From Eledone cirrhosa (Eukaryota): a stretch of 64,000 nt of DNA. How positions within the stretch are numbered: position 1 is the first letter of the stretch; each line of letters begins with the position of its first letter. A program made the position numbers and the translations under genes. The DNA lies in the NCBI GenBank assembly GCA_964016885.1, contig OZ024754.1, positions 32,798,001-32,862,000 of the forward strand, in the 5' to 3' direction. This document shows positions 14,263 to 27,651 of this stretch, one piece after another. The notes beneath the pieces were generated by a model. The model saw nothing but the letters and a program-made list of their open reading frames with translations. It ran no database searches and was not told where the DNA came from.

Positions 14263-15417
14263 ATGGCTAACCAGCAAAAATCCAAACAGAACTGGTCTGA
14301 TAATGAAATCGACATTCTAATAAACACATGGCATTGCCTTTCCCAAACAGAAAATATAGATGCTTCATCTCTGAACGACATTGCTAAACGTACAGTTCAA
14401 TTTTTGAAAACTCGATCTGAACAACAGATTCAAAATAAATTAAAGCAAATCGAAATTGCTTTTAAATTAATCAATAAACATTTGGATAAACTACGGTGTG
14501 TTTTCTCTTCGAATGCTGTCCAGCAGCAGCAACAACAACAACAGCAGCTACAACAGCAACAACAACAACAGCTACAACAACAACATCAACAACAGCTACA
14601 ACAACAACATCAACAACAGCAACAACAACAGTGTGAACCACTCCTTGATTCATCAACAATGGCCGATCTACTAAATGAAACTATTGACCCCCCAGTAGCC
14701 TCTGTCTCACAGCATGAAACGCCACATCCTTTCTCTGGCCCAGCAGTCCAATCATCACCACTGCCAACATCTCTGCCTACTACTACTACTACAACATTTT
14801 TGTCTACTGCTATGTCAAGGAATTTACCTTCTAATACCAGAACAAGAACTCTCCCTCCCACAGTCCACAAAGGTCGTCAAATCCTACCCAAACCATCATC
14901 TACACCTCTCACAACACCCACACCCATATACCCACCCACTCGAAACCCCATCATTTGCCGCTACTCTCTACGCTATAGAATATGTACGGATAGTGGCTGC
15001 AAATTCACCCATTTACCTAGGACAAAACGATCTATCCCCACAAACAGCCACCACCATAATACATACTCTAATTTAACACCAACACAACCACCAATAACTC
15101 AAACAAGGAATCCACAAATCTGCCGTTTTTCCCTGCGAGACAGATTGTGTTTAGACCGGGATTGTCCCTTTACCCATCTCCCGGGGACCCGTCGGATAAA
15201 TGAAAATAAAATTAAAAATAAAAGCAAAAACAAAAACCATAACCTACATAAAAATAACCACTACCACAGTCACCAACAGTCTTCTAAACAGGAAACTTCT
15301 TCCTCTTTTTTAGCCATAATGAATCTGGCAAAAGAACTGGAAAAAAACATTCGAGCTATCACCCAGCACCACCCTCCACTATCACCCCACTGCACAAACT
15401 CCCATTGCTGCCATTAA
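14263..15417 (+). CDS. LINE ORF1: Myb/SANT-like N-terminus, polyQ, Pro/Thr-rich linker, two CCCH zinc fingers
   Basis: WSDNEIDILINTW...RSEQQIQNKLKQI; CRYSLRYRICTDSGCKFTH and CRFSLRDRLCLDRDCPFTH (C-x8-C-x4-C-x3-H). Confidence 0.85.
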   Translation: MANQQKSKQNWSDNEIDILINTWHCLSQTENIDASSLNDIAKRTVQFLKTRSEQQIQNKLKQIEIAFKLINKHLDKLRCVFSSNAVQQQQQQQQQLQQQQQQQLQQQHQQQLQQQHQQQQQQQCEPLLDSSTMADLLNETIDPPVASVSQHETPHPFSGPAVQSSPLPTSLPTTTTTTFLSTAMSRNLPSNTRTRTLPPTVHKGRQILPKPSSTPLTTPTPIYPPTRNPIICRYSLRYRICTDSGCKFTHLPRTKRSIPTNSHHHNTYSNLTPTQPPITQTRNPQICRFSLRDRLCLDRDCPFTHLPGTRRINENKIKNKSKNKNHNLHKNNHYHSHQQSSKQETSSSFLAIMNLAKELEKNIRAITQHHPPLSPHCTNSHCCH

Positions 15418-18400
15418 CAAACAAACAAATTAACAACACACCAAAACAATTAAAACCATCCACTCTCGCCTCTACATTTTTACTTAACGCCCAAGGCATC
15501 AGCCCTTCCACCAATACTCAAAAATGGAAGATCAAATTCCTGGAGGACTGGATTGATGTCCATCCAAACCACATCCCTTTCTTCGTCCTCACTGAAACCC
15601 ATCTCAGTAACCTCCACTTGGAAGCCGAGGTGAAAGTGAAAAATTTCAAAGCCATCCGTGCTGATCGCGCTGGCAGAAGAAAGGGCGGAACTGCCATTTA
15701 TGTCCATAATTCTTTCTCAACAGAGGCTATGAACATATTCACTAATGGATACTGTGAGGCAGTCACTGTATTCAGTCAAACCAACAACCTATTAGTAGTT
15801 GGGCTCTATAGGCCACCCCAAACGCCTGTACCATGCTTCAAGGAATGCCTCAACAGCATAAAGTGTTTCATCCAAGAGTGTCACCCTGACAACATCTTAA
15901 TGATGGGGGACTTCAACCTCCCCGGAGTTGACTGGTCCACAAACACCCTGCCACCAGGTTCTTCTGCCTCAACCTCTGACAGGGAAGCTGTGGAATCGCT
16001 TCTTGACTTCATGGATGATTTCTTCCTATCCCAACTAGTGCTCGAACCAACGAGGTGCCACAAAAACGTCCTAGACTTAATTTTCAGCAATCACACTGAC
16101 AATATCCACAATATTGCAGTGGAGAAAACTCTACTCTCTGATCATGACATGGTTCTCTGTGATCTGAGATTCCACCGTCCAATATACAAACCCAATGTCA
16201 TTTCTCCTGTCCATCCGTTTGACGCTATGGATTTCCACAATGCAAACTGGGAAGCGATCAGTCATGATCTTGCACATGTCGACTGGTCCTTCACGCACAC
16301 TCATACACCCACTAACATCAAAAAGTCCTGGCAGACATTTGTGGACACTGTTACAAACATATGTGCTAAACACACCCCATTAAGAACTATAAACAAATCT
16401 AAGAGCAGAATCCCTAGAAATAGAAAAACGCTCATCAGAAAAATTAAGAGAACGAACAAAAAAATCAACAATCTGAAATACTGTCAGCAGCAACACATCA
16501 ACTTGACTGCCATTTCATCACTAGAGATTAAAAAACATAACCTCCAAAACAACATAATGTCCCTCATCAACAATCAGAGAAGAGCTGAAGAGGCCTGGGC
16601 CATTGAGAAGATCAAACTCAATCCCAAAGTGTTCTTTTCATTTGCAAAAAAACACAAAATCACTGGCTCTACTGTTGGCCCTCTAATTGATGAAAATGGC
16701 ACTCTTCAAGACAATGCTAAAACCATGGGTGAGATACTGCAGAAACAATACTGCTCTGTTTTCAGCAATCCTGATATGGCCGATCTGGGCTGTATCGGCG
16801 ATGTTACTCCCCATTACACCTTATCGGACATAACGTTTGGCGCCCCTGATGTCTTGGCGGCAATAAAGGAAATCAAGCATAATTCAGCAGTAGGTCCCGA
16901 TAGGTTCCCTGCTTGTGTCTTGAAGGCGTGTCAACACCAACTTGCTTCTCCTCTTGCCAATCTGTGGCGGAACTCACTGGATGCTGGATATGTGCCAGAA
17001 AACCTTCTATCCCAGTCTGTTGTCCCAGTTTTCAAAAAGGGAAACAAATCCCTTGCCGTGAATTACCGTCCAATCTCACTCACCTCTCATATCATTAAGG
17101 TATTTGAGCGAGTGGTGAGATCGCGAATGACCCACTTCCTTGAGAGTAACAATATGCTGAACTCCAACCAGCATGGATTCCGTAATGGAAGGGATTGCCT
17201 GACGCAACTACTGCATCACTTTGATGACATTTTGAGAGCCTTGGGAGAGGGTTCCAACACTGATGTTATCTACCTTGATTTCAGCAAGGCCTTTGACAGG
17301 GTTGATCATAACATTCTACTGAGAAAGCTGTCCAATATTGGTGTCACTGGAAAGCTGCTGCAGTGGATCAAGAGCTTCCTGTCAAACAGAACCCAACATG
17401 TTGTAGTTGAGGGAGTCAAATCAAGCCCAGCCAAAGTCAGTAGTGGAGTCCCACAAGGCACTGTGTTGGGCCCACTTCTCTTCATCATCTATATTAATGA
17501 CATCACTGACATCATCAAACACAGCAACATTAAAATTTTCGCTGATGATTCCAAGCTCCAAAAGGTCATCAATGGCGTGGATGACCGGATAAGCCTTCAG
17601 TCAGACCTGCTGGCTGTTACCCAATGGGCAGAAAAGAACAACATGTTACTGAACGAAGACAAATTCGAACTGATCCACTTTGGAAAAGAGGATGCTCTGA
17701 AACTCCCGTACTCCCTTCCCTCCGGGGAAACTCTCGTGGCATCAAACAACATCAGAGACTTGGGAGTAACCGTGGACAGCAACATAAGCTGGACCACGCA
17801 TATAAGCAGCAAAGTTGACATGGCCCGCAGAATGTGTTCCTGGATCCTCAGAACCTTCCAGTCGAGAGATTCCCGCACCATTATCCTTCTCTTCTCTACT
17901 TTCGCCCGACCACACCTTGAATACTGTTGTCCACTGTGGTCTCCCCACACGAAACAAAGTATCATGAAACTTGAAGCTCCTCAAAGGGCAATCACGAAAA
18001 AGATAGATGGCATGTCAGACCTTGACTACTGGGGTCGATTGGAAAACCTGAAACTTTACTCACTCCAACGTCGCCGTGAGCGTTATATTATCTGCATGAT
18101 GTGGAAAATGTTCCATCATCACTGCCCAAATGATGTTGGCATCGCCTTCAAGATACACCCAAGGCTTGGGCCCCGTGCTATCCGTCCCATTCAAAAATCT
18201 AAATCGCAACTCATAACAACAATACGGCACAATTATTTCACCTCAATCGGCCCTGCTCTCTTCAACATCACACCAGGACACGTCAAAACAGAAACTGACC
18301 ACACAAAATTCAAGAAGTCTTTGGACAAATTCCTCCAAGTAATCCCGGACAAACCACCCACACCCGGATATGTCTCCGCAAACAGTAATTCTCTTCTCGA

Positions 18401-18425
18401 ATGGGCCATGGTGCCCAAATCCTGA
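15405..18425 (+). CDS. LINE ORF2: APE endonuclease + reverse transcriptase
   Basis: EN motifs LNAQGI, LTETHL, YRPP, MGDFN, LDLIF, SDHD; RT motifs [40 protein letters not shown]; no stops; frame open from 15288. Confidence 0.95.
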   Translation: MLPLTNKQINNTPKQLKPSTLASTFLLNAQGISPSTNTQKWKIKFLEDWIDVHPNHIPFFVLTETHLSNLHLEAEVKVKNFKAIRADRAGRRKGGTAIYVHNSFSTEAMNIFTNGYCEAVTVFSQTNNLLVVGLYRPPQTPVPCFKECLNSIKCFIQECHPDNILMMGDFNLPGVDWSTNTLPPGSSASTSDREAVESLLDFMDDFFLSQLVLEPTRCHKNVLDLIFSNHTDNIHNIAVEKTLLSDHDMVLCDLRFHRPIYKPNVISPVHPFDAMDFHNANWEAISHDLAHVDWSFTHTHTPTNIKKSWQTFVDTVTNICAKHTPLRTINKSKSRIPRNRKTLIRKIKRTNKKINNLKYCQQQHINLTAISSLEIKKHNLQNNIMSLINNQRRAEEAWAIEKIKLNPKVFFSFAKKHKITGSTVGPLIDENGTLQDNAKTMGEILQKQYCSVFSNPDMADLGCIGDVTPHYTLSDITFGAPDVLAAIKEIKHNSAVGPDRFPACVLKACQHQLASPLANLWRNSLDAGYVPENLLSQSVVPVFKKGNKSLAVNYRPISLTSHIIKVFERVVRSRMTHFLESNNMLNSNQHGFRNGRDCLTQLLHHFDDILRALGEGSNTDVIYLDFSKAFDRVDHNILLRKLSNIGVTGKLLQWIKSFLSNRTQHVVVEGVKSSPAKVSSGVPQGTVLGPLLFIIYINDITDIIKHSNIKIFADDSKLQKVINGVDDRISLQSDLLAVTQWAEKNNMLLNEDKFELIHFGKEDALKLPYSLPSGETLVASNNIRDLGVTVDSNISWTTHISSKVDMARRMCSWILRTFQSRDSRTIILLFSTFARPHLEYCCPLWSPHTKQSIMKLEAPQRAITKKIDGMSDLDYWGRLENLKLYSLQRRRERYIICMMWKMFHHHCPNDVGIAFKIHPRLGPRAIRPIQKSKSQLITTIRHNYFTSIGPALFNITPGHVKTETDHTKFKKSLDKFLQVIPDKPPTPGYVSANSNSLLEWAMVPKS

Positions 18426-18517
18426 ATTGAAAGACTTCGCCAGGTGGTGCTATTAAGTTAGACATGGCCTGGGCCAATACTGGCCAAAACATTTCAAAGT
18501 TATTCAAAGTTATATGC

Positions 18518-18548
<31 letters not shown>

Positions 18549-18567
18549 ATATTAATATATATATATA

Positions 18568-18633
<66 letters not shown>

Positions 18634-18657
18634 TATATATATATACATATATATATA

Positions 18658-18787
<130 letters not shown>

Positions 18788-18906
18788 ATATATATGCATA
18801 TATATATATATATATATATGCATATATATATATATATATGCATATATATAAATATATATGCATATATATAAATATATATGCATATATATAAATATATATG
18901 CATATA

Positions 18907-18974
<68 letters not shown>

Positions 18975-19210
18975 TATATATAAATATATATGCATATATA
19001 TAAATATATATGCATATATATATACATATATATTTATATATATAAATATATATGCATATATATATACATATTATACATATATATAATATATATATATATA
19101 GTAATAATAATAAATTTGAAGACTAAAATCCAAAGAGAGCTCGATAAGGATAAATATATATCAAATATATAAGAACCGTAGAGCAAATATTTATTAAAAT
19201 AACAGATTAA

Positions 19211-19261
19211 ATTTTAAGCAAAGAATCGCTGCTTTCACCCTTAACGGGATCTTCTGAAACT
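19211..19261 (-). ncRNA. Variant hammerhead (CAGAAGA core), inverted copy
   Basis: Reverse complement of 20306-20356, with one stem I change. Confidence 0.5.
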
Positions 19262-20305
19262 AACAAAGTCAATCTGTAAACGCAGAAGTAGATATTTCAA
19301 AAAACGTTGCAACCGGAGGAAGACAGGAAGACGATACTTTGGTTCGTGGAAACGTTCCCTGGCAAAGAACGGGAAAAAACGAATATAAAACGTCATTAAT
19401 AGGAGCGGTGAAAAACAATTACGCGCAAAGACAGACCCACGTTTATGGTATAAATGAGGTCGTAGACTAATGTTCTCTTAGGTGGTTCATAGAGACGTTC
19501 TCTGGCAATGAACGAAAAAAAACGAAGATAATACGTCATATGTGGAGTGTGGAGAACAATTGCACACAAAGACAAAACCACGTAAATGGTATAGCAGAAG
19601 TCGTAGACTAAAATTCTAGCTAGGAGACCGAATGAATCTCCGCTTCAGAGTTAAGAATAAAGTAAATAAATACAATACAGAGGTAAATAAATACATACAC
19701 GCATACAAATACGTACATACACAAGCATACGCGAAAACACTACCATAGGTATACAAAACCACGCACATATAAATATGTGTGTGTGTGTGTGCGTGTATAC
19801 AAATAAATAAATAAACATATATAAATAATGCTTGTGTATGTACGTATTTGTATGCGTGTATGTATTTATTTAATTTCTATTACCTCTGTATTGTATTTAT
19901 TTACTTTATTCTTAACTCTGAAGCGGAGATTCATTCGGTCTCCTAGTTAGAATTTTAGTCTACGACTTCTGCTATACCATTTACGTGGTTTTGTCTTTGT
20001 GTGCAATTGTTCTCCACGCACCACATATGACGTATTATCTTCGTTTTTTTTCGGTTCATTGCCAGAGAACGTCTCTATGAACCACCTAGGAGAACATTAG
20101 TCTACGACCTCTTTTATACCATAAACGTGGTTCTGTCTTTGCGCGTAATTGTTTTTCACCGCTCCTATTAATGACGTATTATATTCGTTTTTTCCCGTTC
20201 TTTGCCAGGGAACGTTTCCACGAACCAAAGTATCGTCTTCCTGTCTTCCTCCGGTTGCAACGTTTTTTGAAATATCCACTTCTGCGTTTACAGATTGACT
20301 TTGTT

Positions 20306-20356
20306 AGTTTCAGAAGATCCCGTTAAGGGTGAAAGCAGCGATTCTTTGCTTAAACT
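20306..20356 (+). ncRNA. Variant hammerhead ribozyme (U4A core: CAGAAGA)
   Basis: AGTTT CAGAAGA T-CCC-GTTAA-GGG-T GAAA GCA-(9 nt)-TGC TT AAACT. Confidence 0.6.
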
Positions 20357-20367
20357 TTAATCTGTTA

Positions 20368-20445
<78 letters not shown>

Positions 20446-20477
20446 TAACAGATTAAAGTTTAAGCAAAGAATATAAT

Positions 20478-20551
<74 letters not shown>

Positions 20552-20609
20552 TATATAAATATATATATACATATATATATATATATAAATATATATATAT
20601 ACATAAATG

Positions 20610-20770
20610 TAAGCATATATGTATACGTACATACATATATGTATACAGACGTACAGTAGCATGTATATATATACATACAGGCACACATATCTTTGCACGT
20701 ATCAGTTTACCGAACATTTATTATAATGCTCGGTTTGTTCGTTTGTAAACAAACAAACAGCCTGGATTTC
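20610..20770. mobile_element. Partial copy of the family at 30454-30915
   Basis: Shares gtatacagacgtacagtag and tttaccgaacatttattataatg.tcggtttg. Confidence 0.7.
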
Positions 20771-20817
20771 GTTTCATTCTATTCCATTTATACATATATA
20801 TATATAAATATATATAA

Positions 20818-20884
<67 letters not shown>

Positions 20885-20999
20885 TATATGCAGATATATA
20901 TACATATATATATATATGATTGATTGTAATTGAGAATGCATACAATATCTGATGTCTTGTGGCGAGGAAACTATCCTGCACATATATTTTGTATGGACC

Positions 21000-21047
<48 letters not shown>

Positions 21048-21126
21048 ATACATATATATATATACATATATCTATGTATGTATATATATATACATATATA
21101 TATATGTGCATAATGCGTACATACAT

Positions 21127-21186
<60 letters not shown>

Positions 21187-21300
21187 ATACATATATATAT
21201 ATACATATATCTATGTATGTATATATATATGTGCATAAATCCATGCGTACATACATACACACACATATATATATATAAGTATATATATATATATATATAA

Positions 21301-21374
<74 letters not shown>

Positions 21375-21391
21375 ATAATGCGTACATACAT

Positions 21392-21441
<50 letters not shown>

Positions 21442-21681
21442 GTATATATATGTTATCTCAGTACAGGTAGCAGCAGTAATGATCAATCAAATATAGCTGA
21501 CTTAGTTCATTTTCTCTCATTTTCTTTATTTATTTATTTATCGCGGTTTATGTGCATCTCTCTATGTATATTGTGTGATACACAGATACACTGGTGCACA
21601 TTGGCACCCATATGCACGCATACACATATATATTTATATTTGTAAATGTATATATGTATATACATGCATGCATATATATAT

Positions 21682-21722
<41 letters not shown>

Positions 21723-22056
21723 TATGTATATATGTATAAATATATGTATATATATATAAATATATGTATATATATATATAAATATTTATGCCTATATGCA
21801 TAAATATATGTATACATATAAACATATATGTACATACATACATATATATATACATACATACATATATATATACATACATACCTATATATATACATACATA
21901 CCTATATATATACATACATACATATATATATACATATATACAAACATACATATATATATACATACATACATATATATATACATACACATATATATATACA
22001 TACACATATATATATATACATACATATATATATACATACATACATATATATATACA

Positions 22057-22102
<46 letters not shown>

Positions 22103-22285
22103 CATACATGCATATCCACACATACACATACATATATATACATGCACCTACATACATAAGTGCATGCGTGTGTGTCTGCGCATTCGTGTGTGCACGCGTG
22201 TGTGCACGGGTGTATGAGTGTGTGTGGGGGTGTGTTAATGTATAGCTACGCTGGCAACAACAACAACAACAACAACAATAATAAC

Positions 22286-22320
<35 letters not shown>

Positions 22321-22908
22321 TAATAACAACAACAATGATAATAAATAAATGACAAAATATCAACTGTTGGTGGCAAGATTTCTGCTGCGAAATATGTTGG
22401 ATTATGTTGTAAGTTTATTTCAATATTGACATCAAATTCTGCCATGTCAACGTAACCACGATACCACTATTGTTATTGTTATTGTTATTATTATTATTAT
22501 TGTTGTTATTATTATTGTTTTTGTTGTTATTATTGTTGTTGTTGTTCTTGTTGTTGTTCTTGTTGTTGTTGTTATGCAAGTTTGACATGATCTCTTATGT
22601 GTGAAACTGTGAAATTAAACATGACATTACAATTGTCCAAGATTATTACTGGATGATCGGTTATTATTTAATTGGATTGCTGCTGCTGCTGCTGTTAATG
22701 ATGATGATGATGATGATGAGGGCGCCAGTAGTGGTGGTGGTGGTGGTGTTGCTGTGGTGGTGGTGTTGCTGTGGTGTGGATGGTGCTGCCGGTGTTGTTG
22801 GTGATAGTGGTGTTCACCATAGTGTTTGTAGTTGCGTTAGTGTTTGTCGTGATGTTGGTATGTGTGTGTGTGTGTGTGTGTGTGTGTTTCTATGTCCGTG
22901 TGTTTGTA

Positions 22909-23009
<101 letters not shown>

Positions 23010-23249
23010 ATAGTGATGGAGGTGTTGGTATTAATGACGGTGTTGGTGTGAGTGTTAATCATACTGGTGAAGTTGGTGTTGGTTATACTCGTATTGGAGC
23101 TATCGGTGGTACAGCTGTTGATGTATTTAGTGAACGAATATTGCCATGTCATTCACTAAATAACATGTATGGATATTATGGACTGGGCTGGCGGTTTCAT
23201 TCATTCGTCATTCGTTATTTTATTAATCTATTATTTGTTAGTTCATTCA

Positions 23250-23430
23250 ACCGTAAGACCTATATTAACGGATCCAGGAGATGCTACCTTTGCACATTTG
23301 AAAAGACCCACATACTACAAAGAAGAACTTCCATAAATACCCACTTCTCAACCCCCAAACTTGTCCTCATTTTAGTAAGTACCTTCTTGACAAATTGGAA
23401 AACTGAATACAATTATAACCTTCCTCTATA
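23250..23430 (+). pseudogene. Second PLE GIY-YIG C-terminal fragment
   Basis: KTYINGSRRCYLCTFEKTHILQ, then frameshifted CPHFSKYLL; same motif layout as the end of 8872-9516. Confidence 0.6.
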
Positions 23431-23699
23431 ACGGACCACCCAACTGGGATTGGCACCTTCTGTTCCATTACAGTCACACTTCTAGGTACCTTATTGCTCA
23501 GCTCCTTCTTCTACACTCAAATGCAAGTATACTTACATTCATAGAACTACCGCCATTCAGTATTACTCCTCTTTCTATTTAATTTCTCCGTATTTTTACA
23601 TCTGTGTCCTTATCAAAATAACCCTCTTAACAATTAAAGGGAGACAATCTATAATGATTTAGAGGATTATCATACATATCACATTTCTCCTTATTCTCC

Positions 23700-24295
23700 T
23701 TCATCCTCATCATCTCCCTCATCATCATCACCATAATGCCAGTCTGTACCCACCAAATTCACCACCACAACCATCACCATCACCATCACCACCACCACAA
23801 CCACCACCGACACAATCATCATCATCATCATCATCACTATTACCACTACAACCACAACCACCTCCACCCACCAGAATCACGCTACGGCGAACACGACCAC
23901 GACGACCACGACTACCACCACCAACATCATCCTCATCATCACTATCACCACCACCACCACCACCACAACCATCACCGCCGCCTCCACCATTATCACCATC
24001 TTCATTCTAATCAATGGCATCACTATTGTCATCATCATCATCATCATTATCAACATCATCATCACCATCATTTTCATCAACATGATCATCATCATCATAA
24101 TCACCACCATCACCATCAACAGCAACACCACCACTGCCACCACCACCACCATTATCATCATCTTCATTCTAATCAATGGCATCACTATTGTCATCATCAT
24201 TATCAACATCATCATCACCATCATCATCATCATCATCGCCATCATTATCATCAACATCATCACCATCAACACCACCACTGCCACCACCACCTCAT
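23700..24295. repeat. (CAT/CAC)n low-complexity tract with an internal duplication
   Basis: Trinucleotide repeats; cttcattctaatcaatggcatcactattg occurs twice. Confidence 0.9.
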
Positions 24296-24649
24296 CTTTT
24301 TGCCATCATCAGCATATTCTCTGTCATCGGTCGATGAACATCAGATGTTGAGAGAAAATTCCGTGTATTGCTAATTCAAACTCGCATTTGAACGAAATGT
24401 ACGCAAGATGGCGATGCTGTTTAATAGCTGGAGGGCAGATAACTCTAGAAGCCATACTTGGCTTTTGGCTTACAGCATCAATTGTACGCAATTTATATTC
24501 AGGAATATATACTGAATGTAGACAAAAACACATAAATAAATACATGCACACGCATGCAGAGACTCACGCGAACTCATATATATGTGAGTGTGTGTGTATA
24601 TACATATATATATATACAAATAACACAAACAAATCTTCCCCGCTCTCTA

Positions 24650-24688
<39 letters not shown>

Positions 24689-24774
24689 GCCCACAGTGTC
24701 ACTATATTTACATGGATATATATTTGTACGCATGTATATATATATAATATGTGTGTGTGTGAGAGTGTGTGTGT

Positions 24775-24815
<41 letters not shown>

Positions 24816-24946
24816 TGTATATACGCATGTATATATATATATGTATGTAAATATGTATATATATATGAGTATACTTGTATACATGCATATATCTATCTAA
24901 GTCATATATCTATGTATCTATGTATGTATGTATGTATGTATGTATG

Positions 24947-24977
<31 letters not shown>

Positions 24978-25189
24978 TATATTCTACCATCAAGTACAAG
25001 CTTTTGTGAGGGAAACAAAGGAGGTATGTATAAATATAAACTAAATATTTACACTTTAACAGAAAAGTATGTATACTCTTGAGCAGGGACATTTCTTTTG
25101 GGGAACATTTGTTATTTTATTTGCCCCAGCATGGCCCCAGTCTATTTTCTGAAATCTGTAAAAGATTACAATAAGTACAGAAAAATAAG

Positions 25190-25409
25190 GGGTGGATGAA
25201 CAAAGTGATGAATGTCGACCCAGGGGGCAGTCGAGGCCCAGGAAGACCAAAAAGGACTTGGATGGAGAATATCTATCAGGATGAAGCTAGGTTTGTCCTG
25301 AGCCAAGTGAGACGAGCGGACAGAAACACATGGAACGAAACGCTAAGGAGCGCAGTCAGCCAGGACCTGATCCTAATTAGGGATTAATTGTGCCCTGTAT
25401 AATCAAAAA

Positions 25410-25444
<35 letters not shown>

Positions 25445-25445
25445 C
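25190..25445 (+). mobile_element. RTE-type LINE 3' end
   Basis: KVMNVDPGGSRGPGRPKRTWMENI...DRNTW followed by a (GAT)n tail. Confidence 0.75.
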
Positions 25446-25655
25446 GACAGAATTCAAGAATGTGGTATTGACAACGTTATGACGATTGTCTAAGCAAGGT
25501 TTATAGAGGACATATAGAGTATATAATCGTAGATGATAATGTGTATACATACCCACACACATACACACACACTCACACACACATATACATATATATACGC
25601 AAATACACACACACAAACACACACACACGCGTATATATATATATATATATATATA

Positions 25656-25848
25656 AATAATTGTTTCTACTATTGGCACAAGGCCAGCAAATACCCAGTA
25701 CATTACTAGTACTTTATTTTATCGACCCCGTAAGGATGAAAGGCAAAGTTAACCTCGGCGGGATTTGAACTCAGAATCGCAAGGGCCGTAACTCTATGCG
25801 TCAAAGCATGGTGTCCGACCCTCTACCGATACTGCCAATTCACCGCCC
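25656..25848 (-). mobile_element. tRNA-derived SINE (MetaSINE-like core)
   Basis: A/B boxes (tggcagtatcgg; gagttcaaatccc) and core ttaactttgcctttcatccttacggggtcgataaaataaagtac. Confidence 0.85.
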
Positions 25849-25879
25849 TATATGTATATATATAAATAATGTTGAATTT

Positions 25880-25930
25880 TAGTCCAGAAATAGCGGTCGA
25901 AACGGCTTGAGCTCTGCCGTCGGGGTTAAA
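25880..25930 (+). mobile_element. Fragment of the half-hammerhead family (GAAA-stem III-GTC)
   Basis: gtcGAAAcggcttgagctctgccGTCgggg, same family as 31103-31298. Confidence 0.6.
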
Positions 25931-25933
25931 CAT

Positions 25934-25995
<62 letters not shown>

Positions 25996-26105
25996 AAAAT
26001 GGCTGACTGAAAATGCACGTGTGTTTTTCCCCATTTCTTTTTCATTTTCCCTAGTTCCTCTTCTCACTCTTTAACTTTCTATTTTATCTTTTATTTCCAA
26101 ATCTA

Positions 26106-26142
26106 TCTTCTGATGAAGGTCTAGTGCCCGAAATGTTAAGAC
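26106..26142 (+). ncRNA. Minimal hammerhead ribozyme, slightly degenerate
   Basis: TCTT CTGATGA AGG-TCTAGTG-CCC GAAA TGTT AAGA; probably from a GAAACGTT palindromic stem III. Confidence 0.6.
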
Positions 26143-26808
26143 TGGAAACACATTATTGACAAAAAACCTCATAACTGACAACAATGAAAATAATTAAGTA
26201 TCTACAATAAAGTATATACGTTGAATGAACCGAACTTGGACATAACGTTTCGTGATAAACGCTTTATCAGTATAGGTTAGAGGTAAAAATGTAAAGTCTT
26301 TAACATTTGATTTGGTGGTAAGCTACGCCGTTCTGATGCAAGTTGCGTTTCTGACATTTTAAACCGGGTACAGCACATGCTATTAAAATATGTAAGAATA
26401 TAGCCGCGGATTAAATTTACTGTACACTTGTCAGTAATATACTTAACCATTTGGCGTGTCAGTTAATGGAGGCCGTTTAGTAAATTGAACAACCATATGG
26501 ATTTACGAATATGGATGAGTATGTAGGTACGCATGTATGTAAAGCATGTACGTATGTAAGCATTCATGTATGTGTGTATGTATATATGTACGTAAGTGTA
26601 TATGAACGTGTGTATATATATATATACATATATATATATGTATATATACATATATATATATGTATATATATATACATATATATATGTATGTATATATATA
26701 TATATGTATGTATATATATATATATGTATGTATATATATATATGTATATATATATGTATATATATATGTATATATATACGTATATATATATATACATATA
26801 TATATGTG

Positions 26809-26842
<34 letters not shown>

Positions 26843-26874
26843 CATATATATATATACATATATATATGTGTATG

Positions 26875-26936
<62 letters not shown>

Positions 26937-26989
26937 TACATATATATATACACATATATACATATATATATACACATATATACATACAC

Positions 26990-27053
<64 letters not shown>

Positions 27054-27166
27054 GCGCAGTTCAAATTTAGATTGCCGTGTAAATTTCCAGCTGGAAGTCG
27101 CAAACATATCAGCTACGGAAGTCACAAAAAATGTGTAAGAGAAGGGATGTATGTATGTATATGTAG

Positions 27167-27207
<41 letters not shown>

Positions 27208-27417
27208 TGTATGCTGCTTATATATGTGTAGGTGTATATATGTGTAGGTATATATATATATATATATAGACACAGAGCAAACACACACACATATATATAT
27301 ATGTGTGTGTGTGTATACATATGTGCGTGTGTGTGTGTGTGTGCATGTGTGTATGTCTGTGTGTGCGTGTTTTCGTGTGTATGTGTGTATGTGTGTATGT
27401 GTATGAGTGTGTGATTG

Positions 27418-27482
<65 letters not shown>

Positions 27483-27651
27483 AGCACAAAGAGCATACGA
27501 AGGAAATTCTAAAAATTTAATAAACCAACAACATTTTTGCTGCTAATTTAACGAAAGGCAAAAAAGAAAAAGAAAAAGAAAAAGAAAAAGATAAAGAAAA
27601 ATTGAATGGAGGAAAGAGAAGTTAAAAAATCACATCAACACCAAGTATGTT

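Larger units (their letters stand above)
14146..18512 (+). mobile_element. Full-length, apparently intact CR1-group (Jockey superclade) LINE inserted in a (TA)n/(TATGCA) array
   Basis: Short 5'UTR, ORF1, overlapping APE-RT ORF2, ~85 bp 3'UTR ending in a (TTCAAAGTTA)2 tail. Confidence 0.9.
19192..20375. mobile_element. ~1.2 kb palindromic element (arms ~19192-19728 / 19828-20375)
   Basis: Near-perfect inverted arms, each containing an internal ~160 bp duplication and a hammerhead-like motif; TA flanks. Confidence 0.85.

Noticed and set aside
15480-18418. Short antisense and alternate-frame ORFs within the LINE
   Set aside because: Shadows of ORF2 with no recognisable motifs
23736-24374. Histidine-rich 212-aa ORF
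   Set aside because: (CAT/CAC)n low-complexity tract like others in the window
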